The notes below the pieces were generated by a model, which did no database searches, was not told the origin of the DNA, and worked only from the letters and a program-made list of their open reading frames with translations. Position numbers and translations under genes: made by a program. Below are positions 30,331 through 41,643 of a stretch of DNA of 64,000 nucleotides, one piece after another (position 1 is the stretch's first letter; each line of letters starts with the position of its first letter). Source of the DNA: Longimicrobiales bacterium (GTDB lineage: Bacteria > Gemmatimonadota > Gemmatimonadetes > Longimicrobiales > Gaopeijiaceae); the NCBI GenBank assembly GCA_965218295.1, contig CBDCKN010000015.1:416001-480000 (forward strand), in the 5' to 3' direction.

Positions 30331-32696
30331 GTGAAGCTGGACAACACACTGCGGTGTCTGACGGCGCTCGCACTGGCCATCACGACACTGCCCACGGGCA
30401 CCGAGGCACAGGACAGACACCGGGAGCGGAGGCACCGCTCGGTCATCCACATGCCGAACATCTTCGTGCAGAGTGCTTCCAGGGCCCGCCTTGGACTCTA
30501 CCTCGATGCCCGGGAGGTTGGGTCAATAGGTGTGTAAACGTATCAGGCGGCATTCTTCCGCTGTTGGTGTGAGACGGGCTTTCCGTCTTCGAACTTTCTT
30601 CCTTCAAATACGTCCTTGAGGAGGTGAGGAGCGTCGAGCCTTCGAAACCGCTTCTCAGCCACCAAGAGCAACTTCCAGATTAGCGCCGTAGCGCTCTCGA
30701 CCCGCTTGAACCGCTTCGCTGCCGTCGTCCTGAGCCGTACCGCGGCGAACGGGCTCTCGACCACGTTCGTCGTGCGTAGATGCTTCCAGTGGTCCTCGGG
30801 GAAGTCGTAGAACGCTACCATCCGCTCCCAGTCGTCCTCGAGTACGTCCACTGCTTTCGGATACCACGGCCTATAGCGTCGGGCGAACACCTCGCGGGCC
30901 TTCAGGGCCTCGGCCCGGCTCGGTGCGTAGACCACGGCCCGGAGAAGATCCTTCGCCTCGCCCTGCTCCCGCTGAGGTAGTCGGTCCAGCACGTTCCTCA
31001 TCTTGTGGTTCCAGCACCGTTGCTCGCCCGCCTCAGGCCATACCTGCCGTACTGCGCCCCAGATCGCCGCGTTGCCGTCCGCCATCAAAAGCCGGGGCGC
31101 CTCGATGCCGCGTGCCTTCAGATCCCGCAACACCTCCGACCAGGACTCGACCGACTCTCGGTAGCCCGATCTCAGGGCCAACACCTCCTTCGTCCCGTCT
31201 CGCATCGCGCCCAGCACCACCAGTAGCGCCGCCTTGTCCCGCTCGAGCCCTGCCTTCACATAGATCCCGTCCGCCCATACGTAGACGACCTCACGACCCT
31301 CCAGGCGACGCTGGCTCCATTCCTCGAACTCCGCCGTCCATCCCGCCCGCAGTCTCCGAATCGAAGACTTCGACAGCGGTGCCCCCTCGCCCAGCAGGCC
31401 CCGCATCGCCAACTCGAAGTCTCCCTCCGCCAGTCCGTGCAGATACAGCTCCGGAAGCAGAGCGCCCAGCTCCTTCGTCCGCCTCGCGAACAACGGCAGC
31501 ACGCGGCTCTCGAACCGCTCCTCAAGGCCTCGAACTCGAGGGCGTCGGAGTGTGATCGTGCCCGAGCTCATCGCCAGCCGCCTCGGCTTGCCGTATCCGT
31601 TGCGGTAGCCCTCGGTCGCGTCCACCACCCTCCTGCGCTCTGACTTCTCTCGCCCTAGCAACTCCGTGACTTCCTCCTCCAAGATCTGTTGAATGAACTC
31701 CTGCGCCTTCTCCCGAACCACTTCTTCCAGAACTTCCCACACGGGCGTCCTGGACTCACCCTCGGGTCCCACCGTATTCTTCCTCACGAGGCGTCGTTCC
31801 TTTCCCCCGGGCTGTCACCCGGAGTTCGCTGGTTATTACTCAGCGGAAAGGTACGTCGCCTCTCTTTTTACACACCCTTTGATCCTATTACACACCCTTT
31901 GATCCTAGCTCATGCCCGGCAGTCTCGGCGATACGACGATCAGGGCGCCCTGATCACTGACGTCATGCACCGATCACCGGCGGAGGACGCCGGCCTGCGC
32001 GATGGGGACATCATCACGGCCTTCGACGGGCAGGTGCTGACCGAGCCGCTGGCCGACGCCGAGATGGAGGACGAGCTCGATCGCGACGAATCCCTCCCGG
32101 CTCAACGGGTCCTGGCGTTGGCGCGGGAGATCGAGCCGGGCCAAACCGTCGAGATCCGATACCTGAGAGACGGCGAGTCCCGGACGGTCGAGATCGAGGC
32201 CGAGGAGTTCGATTTCCCACGGGTGAGGGCTTTCGGCCCCGAGGGTGGGAATTGGACCTTCGACATGGATGAAGGCTACATCGAGCTGCGGAACGAGGAG
32301 CTGTCCGAGCTCATGGGGGATCTTTCCGGACGTTTCGGTGCTGGTCGCGGTTTCTCCATGTCGTACGGGTTCGGCGGTGACTGCCCAGGGTCCAGAGGCT
32401 CCTGGGGGAGTGACACGCGAGGGTGTGCCGCGGGGGTCGAGTTCCGCGAGCTCAACCCGCGGCTGGGCGAGTACTTCGGCGCCGAGAGCGGCGTTCTGGT
32501 CATCGACGTGGATGACGACTCGGCTCTGGGCCTCATGCCCGGCGGTGTCCACCTCGCGGTCGGAGACCGCGAGGTGGACACCATCGATCGTGTTCGCCGT
32601 CTCATCAACTCGTACGAGGAAGACGAGCCCATTCGTATGACTATCATTCGGAAGGGCGCCGAAGAGGTCATCGAGGGCTCCTTGATCCCGTACTAG
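30331..32696 (+). pseudogene. Secreted two-PDZ-domain protein interrupted by IS256 copy 2
   Basis: Removing the IS and one copy of the TSD restores ...RARLGLYLDARQSRRYDDQGALITDVMHRSPAEDAGLRDGDII..., with an N-terminal signal peptide. Confidence 0.85.
30514..31911 (-). mobile_element. IS256-family element, copy 2 (transposase 30543-31787)
   Basis: Same IRs as copy 1. 8-bp TSD ATGCCCGG at 30506-30513 and 31912-31919. Confidence 0.95.
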
Positions 32697-32956
32697 AGGC
32701 CCGTCTTTCTCGGTCCTACTCTCGAACCAAAATCGAGCCGTACTGGGGCTCGGCTACGACTCGTCGTCGTTCCTTGCCTGAACGCGTGCAAGCACGGGGC
32801 ACCCACGCCGGAGGCGTGGGTCGCGCGGCCCATTGTACTTCTTCAACAACCCTCAAGGGTTTACACTCCCGACGCCCTCTGCCAAACTTCTCGTGCTGTT
32901 GTCCCTGAGGCCTTTCGGGGCCTTGCGACCTCCTCGACAAGACGAAGCCACACTTC

Positions 32957-34450
32957 ATGTTCGACACCGTCCTCGTGGCCAATCGCGGCGAGATCGCCGT
33001 CCGGATCATCCGGGCCTGCCGGGAGATGGGTCTTCGTTCCGTGGCCATTTACTCGGAGGCGGACAGGCTCGCTCCACATGTGATGGCGGCCGACGAGGCC
33101 TATTCGGTAGGGCCGGCTCCGTCGGTGGACAGCTACCTGCGCGGGGATCGAATCGTGGAGGTAGCCCAGGATGTCGGGGCGGGGGCGGTCCATCCCGGCT
33201 ACGGATTCCTTGCCGAGCGGGCGTTCTTCGCATCTCAGGTGGAGGAGGCCGGCCTAGTCTTCATCGGTCCGCGTCCGGAGACCATCGCGGCCATGGGCGA
33301 CAAGACAGAGGCCCGTCGTAGGATGCAGGCCGCCGGCGTCCCCATCGTCCCGGGTGGGATCGACCCTGTGTCCGACGCCGACCAGGCAGCAAGCGTGGCC
33401 CAGGAGTTCGGATTCCCGCTGCTCCTCAAGGCCGCCGCCGGGGGGGGTGGAAAAGGGATGCGGATCGTGGACGCCCCGGAGTTCGTCCGTGACGCCCTGG
33501 AGGCGGCTTCGCGGGAGGCCCAGGCCGCCTTCGGGGACGGCTCCATCTACCTCGAGAAGTACCTCGCCCGCCCGCGCCACATCGAGATTCAGATCCTCGG
33601 GGACACATCGGGGCAGGTGATCCATCTGGGCGAGCGGGAATGCTCCATTCAACGACGTCACCAGAAGCTCATCGAGGAGGCGCCTTCGGCGCTTCTCACC
33701 CCCGACGAGCGGGCATCCATGGGCGAGGCTGCCGTGCAGGCGGCCGGATCCGTGGACTACCGGGGCGCCGGGACCGTCGAGTTCCTCTACAGCGAAGGGC
33801 AGTTCTACTTCCTTGAGATGAATACGCGACTGCAGGTGGAGCATCCGGTGACGGAGCTCGTGACGGGGATCGACCTCGTCCAGTGGCAGATCCGTATCGC
33901 ACGGGGGGAAGAGCTCGACTTCGGGCAGGACGACGTGTCGTCCGTCGGGCACGCCATCGAGTGCCGGATCACGAGCGAGGATCCCCAGCACGGCTTCCTT
34001 CCGTCCACGGGTCGTGTGGACCGGCTAGACGTGCCGGACGGCCCCGGTATCCGCTGGGACGGGGGCATCCGAGAAGGTTTCGAGGTCGGGCTCTACTACG
34101 ACCCGCTTCTGGCCAAGCTCATCGTTCACGCGAGCACCCGGGAGGAGGCCATCGACCGGATGGGCCGGGCTCTCGACGAGCTCGTGATCGCCGGCATCGA
34201 GACCAGTGCGTCGTTCCACCGCGCCGTCATGGACGAAGAGGACTTCAGGAGCGGCCGGCTGAGCACGCTGTATGTCGAGGAGCATCCGGAGCTGCTGGAG
34301 ACCAACCACGACGGTCTCCGGGTCTCGGCGGTGGCGGCTGCCGTGCTCGAGCACCAGGCTCGCCAGAACCGGGGGTTCTCCCGAATCGAGGGGCGGGATG
34401 GGGTGGGACTCTCACCGTGGCGAGCCTCCGGGTGGCCGTGGACGACTTGA
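32957..34450 (+). CDS. accC: Biotin carboxylase subunit
   Basis: ANRGEIA, HPGYGFLAE, GGGGKGMR, RECSIQRRHQK, EMNTRLQVEHPVTE, YDPLLAK. Confidence 0.95.
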   Translation: MFDTVLVANRGEIAVRIIRACREMGLRSVAIYSEADRLAPHVMAADEAYSVGPAPSVDSYLRGDRIVEVAQDVGAGAVHPGYGFLAERAFFASQVEEAGLVFIGPRPETIAAMGDKTEARRRMQAAGVPIVPGGIDPVSDADQAASVAQEFGFPLLLKAAAGGGGKGMRIVDAPEFVRDALEAASREAQAAFGDGSIYLEKYLARPRHIEIQILGDTSGQVIHLGERECSIQRRHQKLIEEAPSALLTPDERASMGEAAVQAAGSVDYRGAGTVEFLYSEGQFYFLEMNTRLQVEHPVTELVTGIDLVQWQIRIARGEELDFGQDDVSSVGHAIECRITSEDPQHGFLPSTGRVDRLDVPDGPGIRWDGGIREGFEVGLYYDPLLAKLIVHASTREEAIDRMGRALDELVIAGIETSASFHRAVMDEEDFRSGRLSTLYVEEHPELLETNHDGLRVSAVAAAVLEHQARQNRGFSRIEGRDGVGLSPWRASGWPWTT

Positions 34451-35790
34451 CGGCGGGCGTCGAGCCGGGCGCTGAGGACGGGCTCTACGTGGCCTCCGTG
34501 CATATCCGGGCCCTGGGCTCTGATGGAGCGGGGGTGGGGGATCTGCCCGATGGTCGGGTGGTCTTCGTGCCCCGCACGGCTCCGGGTGACGAGGTCAGCG
34601 TGCGGATCACACGCCAGAAGCGACGCTGGGCTCGGGGGCGTCTGGTGGACGTTCTGCGGGCCGCTCCGCACAGAGTAGAGCCGGCCTGCCCGTACTACGC
34701 CGAGTGCGGCGGCTGCACGCTGCAGCACATCCCCTACGAGGATCAGCTCGTCTGGAAGACCCGCTTCGTGCAGGACGCCTTGGAGCGAATCGGTGGGCTG
34801 GAGGTCACCGTCCCGCCCGTGGAGCCGAGCCCGGTTCCACGCGCCTATCGCTCTCGACTCACTTTCACCCTGCTCCGACTCCCCGGAGAGCGGGTGGTTG
34901 CGGGCTTCCACCACTTGACCAACCCAGGGCGCATCGTCGACGTGGAGGACGGATGTATCCTGCCGGATCCCACCATCGCCACCGCGTGGCGACAGCTACG
35001 GGCCACGTGGGGCGAGGCCGCCCGGAGGCTTCCTGCCGGGCGGCGACTACGCCTGACGCTGCGCACCGTGGATGAAGGGCTCATTCTCGTGGTGGAGGGA
35101 GGCAGGGGTCCGGGTCGCGCGGATCTTCTCATCAAGGAAGTCGAGGGCCTCGTGGCCGTCTGGAGCCTCGGCCCGAAGGGAACCCGGCGCCTCCTCGCCG
35201 GCCAGGCCGTGGTGCACGAGACGCGCCTGGGCGAGGTGATCCGCACAAGTCCTACGGCCTTCCTCCAGGTCAACGAGAACGCCGCAGATCACCTGCACCG
35301 GTGGGTCCTCGACGCGGCACGGGTAGGCGCAGAGACCAGCGTCGTGGATGCCTATTGCGGTGTGGGGGTCTACGGGCGGTTTATCGCCCGGGCTGGGGGG
35401 CGGGCCGTTGGGATCGAGCAGGACCCCCGCTCCGCCAAGACGGCCGGAAGGAACGCGCCCGATGGCTTCACGGTTCTCACCGGTAGCGTAGAAGAGCGTC
35501 TTTCGGAGGTGCTCCCGGCGGACGTGGTGATCCTCAATCCGCCGAGAGCGGGAGTGGGCGCCCGCGTGACGGACACGCTCCGCACCGACGGTCCGCCCCG
35601 CGTGATCTACGTGAGCTGCGACCCGGCGACGCTCGCCCGGGATCTGGCACGGCTCCGCCCCGCCTATGACGTCTCCGAGATCCGCGCGTTCGATCTCTTT
35701 CCCCAAACCTCCCACGTGGAGACCGCCGCCGTGCTGGAGCGTCGAGCGGTCCTCTCGACTGGCCGAGACACTTTGGTAGCGGGACACTAG
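34438..35790 (+). CDS. rlmD: TRAM-domain 23S rRNA m5U methyltransferase (RlmD/TrmA family)
   Basis: TRAM domain, C-x5-CGGC Fe-S motif, FLQVN, DAYCGVG, NPPRAG, YVSCDPATLARD, DLFPQTSHVE. Start is 34438 (GTG) or 34447 (TTG). Confidence 0.85.
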   Translation: MDDLTAGVEPGAEDGLYVASVHIRALGSDGAGVGDLPDGRVVFVPRTAPGDEVSVRITRQKRRWARGRLVDVLRAAPHRVEPACPYYAECGGCTLQHIPYEDQLVWKTRFVQDALERIGGLEVTVPPVEPSPVPRAYRSRLTFTLLRLPGERVVAGFHHLTNPGRIVDVEDGCILPDPTIATAWRQLRATWGEAARRLPAGRRLRLTLRTVDEGLILVVEGGRGPGRADLLIKEVEGLVAVWSLGPKGTRRLLAGQAVVHETRLGEVIRTSPTAFLQVNENAADHLHRWVLDAARVGAETSVVDAYCGVGVYGRFIARAGGRAVGIEQDPRSAKTAGRNAPDGFTVLTGSVEERLSEVLPADVVILNPPRAGVGARVTDTLRTDGPPRVIYVSCDPATLARDLARLRPAYDVSEIRAFDLFPQTSHVETAAVLERRAVLSTGRDTLVAGH

Positions 35791-35795
35791 GTTCC

Positions 35796-36326
35796 ATGCG
35801 GTACTACGTCAGCATCCGAGACGCGACATTCGAGGTCGAGATCGAAGAAGACGGAGTTCGCGTCGACGGGGAGCCCGTGGAGATCTCCGCTTTGCAAGTG
35901 GCGGGCACCGATGTGCACTCCTTCCTCATCGGCGGTGAGTCCCATCGCATCGTGGCCCGCTCCTCAGGGAAGGGGGAATGGGATCTCCACCTTCGGGGCC
36001 GTCACGAGCGGTTGGAGGTATTGGACGAGCGCACGAAGACCATGCGCGAGATGTCGGCCGCCCTAGCCGGTCCGGTCGGTCCGCAAGCTCTGCGGGCTCC
36101 CATGCCCGGCCTCGTGGTCAAAGTGGAGGTCGAAGAGGGTGAGCTGGTCGAGGCGGGCACTGGCCTGCTGATCGTGGAAGCCATGAAGATGGAGAACGAG
36201 CTCTCGGTGGAGGCTCGGGCCCGGGTCGGAGCCATCCACGTTGCCCCGGGGCAGGCCGTGGAGAAGGATCAGATCCTCATGGAGATGCTTCCGCCCGAGG
36301 CGGGAGACAGCGAGGAGACTCCGTGA
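35796..36326 (+). CDS. Biotin carboxyl carrier protein
   Basis: [13 protein letters not shown] biotinylation motif. Confidence 0.93.
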   Translation: MRYYVSIRDATFEVEIEEDGVRVDGEPVEISALQVAGTDVHSFLIGGESHRIVARSSGKGEWDLHLRGRHERLEVLDERTKTMREMSAALAGPVGPQALRAPMPGLVVKVEVEEGELVEAGTGLLIVEAMKMENELSVEARARVGAIHVAPGQAVEKDQILMEMLPPEAGDSEETP

Positions 36327-37915
36327 ACAGGGACGCAGACAACGCCCGCTTCCACACGGACAGCGGGATCGAGGTGGACGCCCTGTACGAGGGTAAACGG
36401 GGCGAGGCCGATGGAGGGGCCGGGGGCGAGGCCTCTGAGATCGGACGGCCCGGGGAGTTTCCCTTCACGAGGGGCGTCCATCCCGAAATGTACCGTGGCC
36501 GCCTGTGGACCATGCGCCAGTACGCCGGGTTCGGCACAGCCCAGGAGACGAACCGCCGCTACCACTACCTCCTGGAGCAGGGGACCACGGGGCTATCGGT
36601 GGCGTTCGATTTGCCGACGCAGATGGGTTATGACTCGGACCACCGGATGGCGGAGGGCGAAGTCGGCCGTGTGGGAGTGGCCATAGACTCCATCGAGGAC
36701 ATGCGGATGCTCTTCGACGGCATCTCTCTGGACCAGGTGTCCACCTCCATGACCATCAACTCCACGGCGGCGATCCTCCTAGCCCTCTACATCGCCGTTG
36801 GCGACGAGCAGGGCGTCACTCGGAGCGCCCTGGCCGGGACCGTACAGAACGACGTGCTCAAGGAATACGTGGCACGGGGGACATACATCTACCCGGTGGA
36901 TCCCAGCCTGCGCCTGGTGTCGGACGTGATCGCGTTCTGCACGAAGGAAGTGCCGCGCTGGAATTCCATTTCCATCTCCGGCTACCACATCCGGGAGGCC
37001 GGCTCGACGGCCTCACAGGAGCTCGCCTTCACCCTGGCCAACGGCCTCGAGTACGTGGAGCGGGCGCTCGCGGCGGGCATTCCCCTGGAGGACTTCGCTC
37101 CCCGGCTCTCGTTCTTCTTCGCGGCCCACAACGACCTGCTGGAAGAGGTCGCCAAGTTCAGGGCGGCCCGCCGCCTGTGGGCTGGGCTAATGAGGGAGCA
37201 CCACGACGCCTCCGATGAGTCGTGCCGGCTCCGGTTCCACACGCAGACGGCCGGCTCCACCCTCACAGCCCAACAGCCGATGAACAACGTGGTTCGGGTG
37301 GCGATCCAAGCCCTGGCGGCGGTCCTGGGCGGGACCCAGTCGCTCCACACCAACGGCTTCGACGAGGCGCTGGCCCTTCCCACGGAAGAGGCGGCGAAGA
37401 TCGCCCTTCGCACCCAGCAGATCGTGGCGCACGAGTCGGGGGCCACGCGCACGGCAGATCCCCTGGGCGGGAGTCACTACGTGGAAGCCCTCACCGATCA
37501 GATCGAGGCTACGGCCCGGGGTTATATCGATCAGATCGCGGAGCTCGGCGGGGCGGCGAAGGCCGTGGGGTTCATGCAGAACGAGATCGACCGCTCCGCC
37601 TACGCCCATCAGATGGCGGTGGAGGCCCAGGAGCGGCTGGTGGTGGGTGTGAACGCCTACCACGAAGAGGCTCGGCCCCCGGAGATCGCCAACCCCGACT
37701 TCTCGGCTCTCGAGGCTGCGCAGAAGGCGCGACTCGCCGAGCTGAAGAGCAACCGCGATTCCGAACGTGCCTCACACGCCCGGGAGGGGATCCGATCCGC
37801 GGCCCGTGGGGGCGACAACCTGCTGCCTCCCATCATCGATGCGGTGAAGGCTTCTGTCACGTTGGGAGAGGTCAGCGACATCCTCCGGGAGGAGTGGGGC
37901 ACGCACGACCCCTAG
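36323..37915 (+). CDS. Methylmalonyl-CoA mutase family, substrate-binding subunit (no B12-binding domain)
   Basis: [50 protein letters not shown]. Confidence 0.92.
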   Translation: MNRDADNARFHTDSGIEVDALYEGKRGEADGGAGGEASEIGRPGEFPFTRGVHPEMYRGRLWTMRQYAGFGTAQETNRRYHYLLEQGTTGLSVAFDLPTQMGYDSDHRMAEGEVGRVGVAIDSIEDMRMLFDGISLDQVSTSMTINSTAAILLALYIAVGDEQGVTRSALAGTVQNDVLKEYVARGTYIYPVDPSLRLVSDVIAFCTKEVPRWNSISISGYHIREAGSTASQELAFTLANGLEYVERALAAGIPLEDFAPRLSFFFAAHNDLLEEVAKFRAARRLWAGLMREHHDASDESCRLRFHTQTAGSTLTAQQPMNNVVRVAIQALAAVLGGTQSLHTNGFDEALALPTEEAAKIALRTQQIVAHESGATRTADPLGGSHYVEALTDQIEATARGYIDQIAELGGAAKAVGFMQNEIDRSAYAHQMAVEAQERLVVGVNAYHEEARPPEIANPDFSALEAAQKARLAELKSNRDSERASHAREGIRSAARGGDNLLPPIIDAVKASVTLGEVSDILREEWGTHDP

Positions 37916-38070
37916 GGCTACGGCCGCCTCGACCTTGTTCTGGACAACGTGAGCCAGCGCCGCCTCGGCGACTTCATGTGGATCCTCGTTTCCTCGGCCG
38001 GCCCAGTTGCGGATTCTTCAATCGGCCGCACCGGGGCGCGACGTCAGGTCACACCACGACATCTGCTTGT

Positions 38071-39115
38071 TCAGGACGTTACCACGTGATCTCCCTGAGT
38101 TCCGTGTGCTGGGCTGACTCCTCGCGTCTTGACTGAGGGAGCCAGACGTGCTGCCTGGACCCCGGCAAGCGGTCTGCGCGTGGATCGTGGGTCGACACCT
38201 GCCTTGAAGGCGAGCATCAGGCCCGCTGCTTCCCAATAGTTATCCACCTGCCAAAACTGGCCGCTACGCCACGGAAGATAGCCAAGGTCGTTGGCCATGA
38301 TAGTTCGGTTCTCTTTGACCGCGATTACCTTGATCCCCTGTTCTAAGGCTGCCAGCGTCGGCAATCCCAGGCATCCATCGGGCTGAACAAGGACTGAGAC
38401 TTGTTCAGCCGACAGGACCCCGGGATACGCCATCGCCTCTTTCGAGGTTATAAGCTGAGGGCTCTGATGAAGTCCCTTCAGTATGCAGTTCAGAAAGGTG
38501 AGAGAAACGGCTTCGGCAGCCATTCGCGGGTCAACTATTCCGACTTCGAGGCTCGCTATGTCCTGTGACTCAAACATAGGAGAATGGGCCGTCGGCAGAT
38601 CGTACAAGGATGTAATCGCGTGGGTGAACATTGCCTCAACCCCACCCCACGGATTGACCATTTCGCCACGCGATGGAGTGAGTACGCTCCCTCTACGTAC
38701 ATAGCGTTTGTGGGCAACTCGTTCAAGTCCGAAGCATTCACAACGTTTGGATGAAGAATGAGGGTATCACAAGCCTCCCCTAGGAGTCGTGCCACCGGGC
38801 AGGCGTCACCTGCATGACCACCCAGCTCCGCCCCCACCCCGGTGGGAACAATCATTACGGCGTTGAATGTGCTGGTGTCGTGCAGCACACGTGGTCGGAA
38901 GGAACATAGTTCCGATACTCGACCAGTTTCGGCCCCAATAGGACGCCGACTTCAAGCCAGTTCGCGCTGTCCTTCTTAGAAAAAGCCATGCGCACGGGTA
39001 TACCCGAACGTGAGTACCGACGGTCGAGCAGTTCCGAGATGCTCTCTAGCGGTCGACTCCTGTCGTAGCGATCAGAGATGTCGATGAATTCTTCGCGTAA
39101 TAACAAGGCGCAAGC
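38071..39115 (-). pseudogene. DUF3326-family gene, frameshifted and internally deleted
   Basis: Pieces in separate ORFs: IVPTGVGAELGGHAGDA...HPNVVNAS, then NPWGGVEA...PTAHSP...VDPRMAAEAVS. Confidence 0.7.
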
Positions 39116-39121
39116 GGACAC

Positions 39122-40460
39122 CCAGCAGAAGGGTAGCCAGGGCGGACATGGCCCACGTCAGCCAGCCGATGTCGCTCAACCTGTCGATGGTCCCGTAGAG
39201 CGCGGCCTCGTAGTGCGCGTCCCGCACCAGCTCGATGATCCCGGCGGTTCCGACGACGCCCGCCGCGTTGAGCTCCAGGTAGATGGCGTTGCCACCGAAA
39301 ACCCCGATCCACAGCAGCCCCAGGGCAGTCGGGACAACCAGCACGCCCAGCATGAATTCGCGCAGCGTGCGCCCGCGCGAGATGCGGGCGATGAACATGC
39401 CGACGAAGGGCGCCCAGGAGATCCACCATCCCCAGTAGAAGATGGTCCAGCGATTCTGCCAAACAGCTTGCCCCGGATCATCAGCGATCCAGAAACCCAT
39501 GGGCAGCGCATGCCATAGGTATTCGCCGATGGAGGTTGCAAGAAAGCCCACGAGCCACGTGCCGGGACCGAGGAAGAGAAAGGAGCCCAACAGGATAACG
39601 CTCAGGCCGATGTTCCATTCCGACAGGATGCGGATCCCGCGGCTCACGCCCGATACGGCCGACAGAGTGGCCGCGACCGAGATTGCCGCGATCAGCGCGA
39701 CCTGCGTGACGAGCCCCGGATCGACGCCGAGCAGGATGTCGAGTCCGGTGGCCATCTGGCTGGCCCCGAGCCCCAGCGTGGTCGCGATGCCGAAGACCGT
39801 GCCGAATACCGCCAGCAGGTCCACGATGTCGCCGATGGGGCCGTAGATTCGGTCGCCGATGAGCGGATACAGAGCAGAGCGCAACGTCAGCGGCAGCTTC
39901 TTGCGGAATCCGAAGTAGGCCAGGCACAGCCCGACCAGGGCGTAGACGGCCCAGCCGTGCATGCCCCAGTGGAAGTAAACCACGCGCATAGCGTGCACGG
40001 CACGCGCCTCGTCCAGCGACACGGCGCCGGCGAGGTCGGCCAGGGGGTTGTTCGGGTAACCCGCGCTCTGGCTGTTGTCGAAGTAGAAGATCGGTTCGGC
40101 GATGGAGAAGAAGAGCAACCCGATCCCCACACCTGCCGAAAACAGCATGGCGAACCAGGAGGACGTGCGGAACTCCGGCTCGGAAGCGTCGTCGCCAAGC
40201 CGGATCCTTCCGAACCGGCTGCACGGCAGGAACAAGCAGGCAAAGAGACAGGCGCAGACCACTGAGACATAATACCAGTCCAGCGTTCCCTCAATCCAAG
40301 AGCGGATGCGCTCGAACGCGGCGCCTGCAGCCTCCACGTCGCGGACGGCGAAGAGGACGAATGCCAGGACGAAGCTCTTGGCTGCCAGCGCCATCGTGGG
40401 ATTCAGCCCCTTCCACAACCCGTCCTTCGCCTTGGCCCGCCGTTGCCGCCCGTCGCTCAT
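39122..40460 (-). pseudogene. BCCT-family (choline/betaine/carnitine) transporter, 3'-truncated
   Basis: WFAMLFSAGVGIG, FHWGMHGWAVY, WTIFYWGWWISWAPFVGMFIARISRGRT. Similarity ends at ATLLL, before the last TM helices. Confidence 0.82.
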
Positions 40461-40679
40461 GCTCCTCTGTCTCCGGTCTTCACGCCTGCCTCCTCCTTTG
40501 GCAACCCGCACCGAAACGGGCTAGCAACCGACGTCCCTACCTTCACTCACCCCCCGCACAACTTGCAACACGGATCCCATCCATGCCCGTCAGCAAACCA
40601 TCACGGCGACCGATCCGAACGGGCTGACCGCCACGCAGACCTGGGAAGCGGTCCCGTACGGTCTCGTAGACCAAGAGCC

Positions 40680-40867
40680 TGTAGTTGATGATCGACGACG
40701 GTGACTGCCTGCTCGGCGATGATCTCCAGTACCGGTGGGGTGCCGACAGCCACCGGAGCCCGGTTGGGCGGCTTGCTGGCGTCGTCGCCGCAGGCGACAA
40801 GCAACACGACGGCATGACCGCACACAGGCAGGAAAGCGCTGGTAGAGAAACAACTTGGTGCCGCATT
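40680..40867 (-). pseudogene. Frameshifted lipoprotein start with the beginning of an Ig/cadherin-like repeat
   Basis: LLVA-CGDD...PPNRAPVAVGT in one frame; the probable start codon is in another frame. Confidence 0.4.
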
Positions 40868-40919
40868 GCGAAACGTCTCCGGCGCGAATGGAAAGGGGAC
40901 GGTGGTCGGGACCCGTTCC

Positions 40920-41260
40920 AAAATGGAGGACTATAGGCCCAGGTCGAACGGTTCCCCGGACGTACCCGCCACGCTGTGAGTGGCCACCTCGTGGTTCTCC
41001 CGGCCCCGACACGGCACTGGAACAGTCCGTGTAGACCATCGCGCCGTCTGCGGGCGTGGTCGTCCCGAAGGCGCTCATGGCCTGGCCACCCCTGCTCGAT
41101 GCCCCGCGCCTCCGCCTGCTTGGTCTCCCCACCTTCGCTCCGACCGCCGTCGTCTTCCGCATCGGCCCCGGCCAGGCCGGGAGCTTCTTGCTCTCGTGGT
41201 TGTTCCGGCCAAGTCCGCCACTTTAGGTCTCGTCCGCTTCCACCGGGCCGTCGAGCCAGC
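40920..41260 (-). pseudogene. Decayed IS1595-family transposase
   Basis: GPVEADET*SGGLGRNNHESKKL...KTTAVGAK...GAMVYTD...GYVRG aligns by eye with the intact transposase at 58190-59128 (GPVEVDETYMGGLEKNKHALKKL...KTAVVGMK...GAKIYTD...EWVR). Confidence 0.75.
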
Positions 41261-41643
41261 GCAGGCTGTCGAGGGAACTGACCGGGCTTACCCGGGGAAT
41301 ATGCGCGGAGCAAACGCCTGCGGTCGGGAAGAAGACGCGGGCGATGCTCGAACAAGTGGCGTTGCTGCCCGGTTGGGCCGCGCGGGCCCCAACCGGGTCG
41401 GTTAGGCAAGGGCGGCACGGTTCCGAGCATCACCGGCCCCACGGGGCCGCCGGGATCGGCGCGCGGGAGCGGACCATATATTCATGTCTAGTTACACTCC
41501 ATGGTACCCCAATAACATGTGATATATAACGAGTTAGGAGATTCCCTTCCTCCAGGACGGCCTCTCCCGCTCCTTGACAGCCATGATAATTATGGGGCAA
41601 TATTCAGGGGCAGGTTATCGTAACCCTCAACCGGTGCCCCAAC

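Noticed and set aside
33883..34437. N-terminal extension of the rRNA methyltransferase ORF
   Set aside because: It overlaps accC in another frame and is low-complexity Arg/Gly-rich; the TRAM domain starts after 34438.
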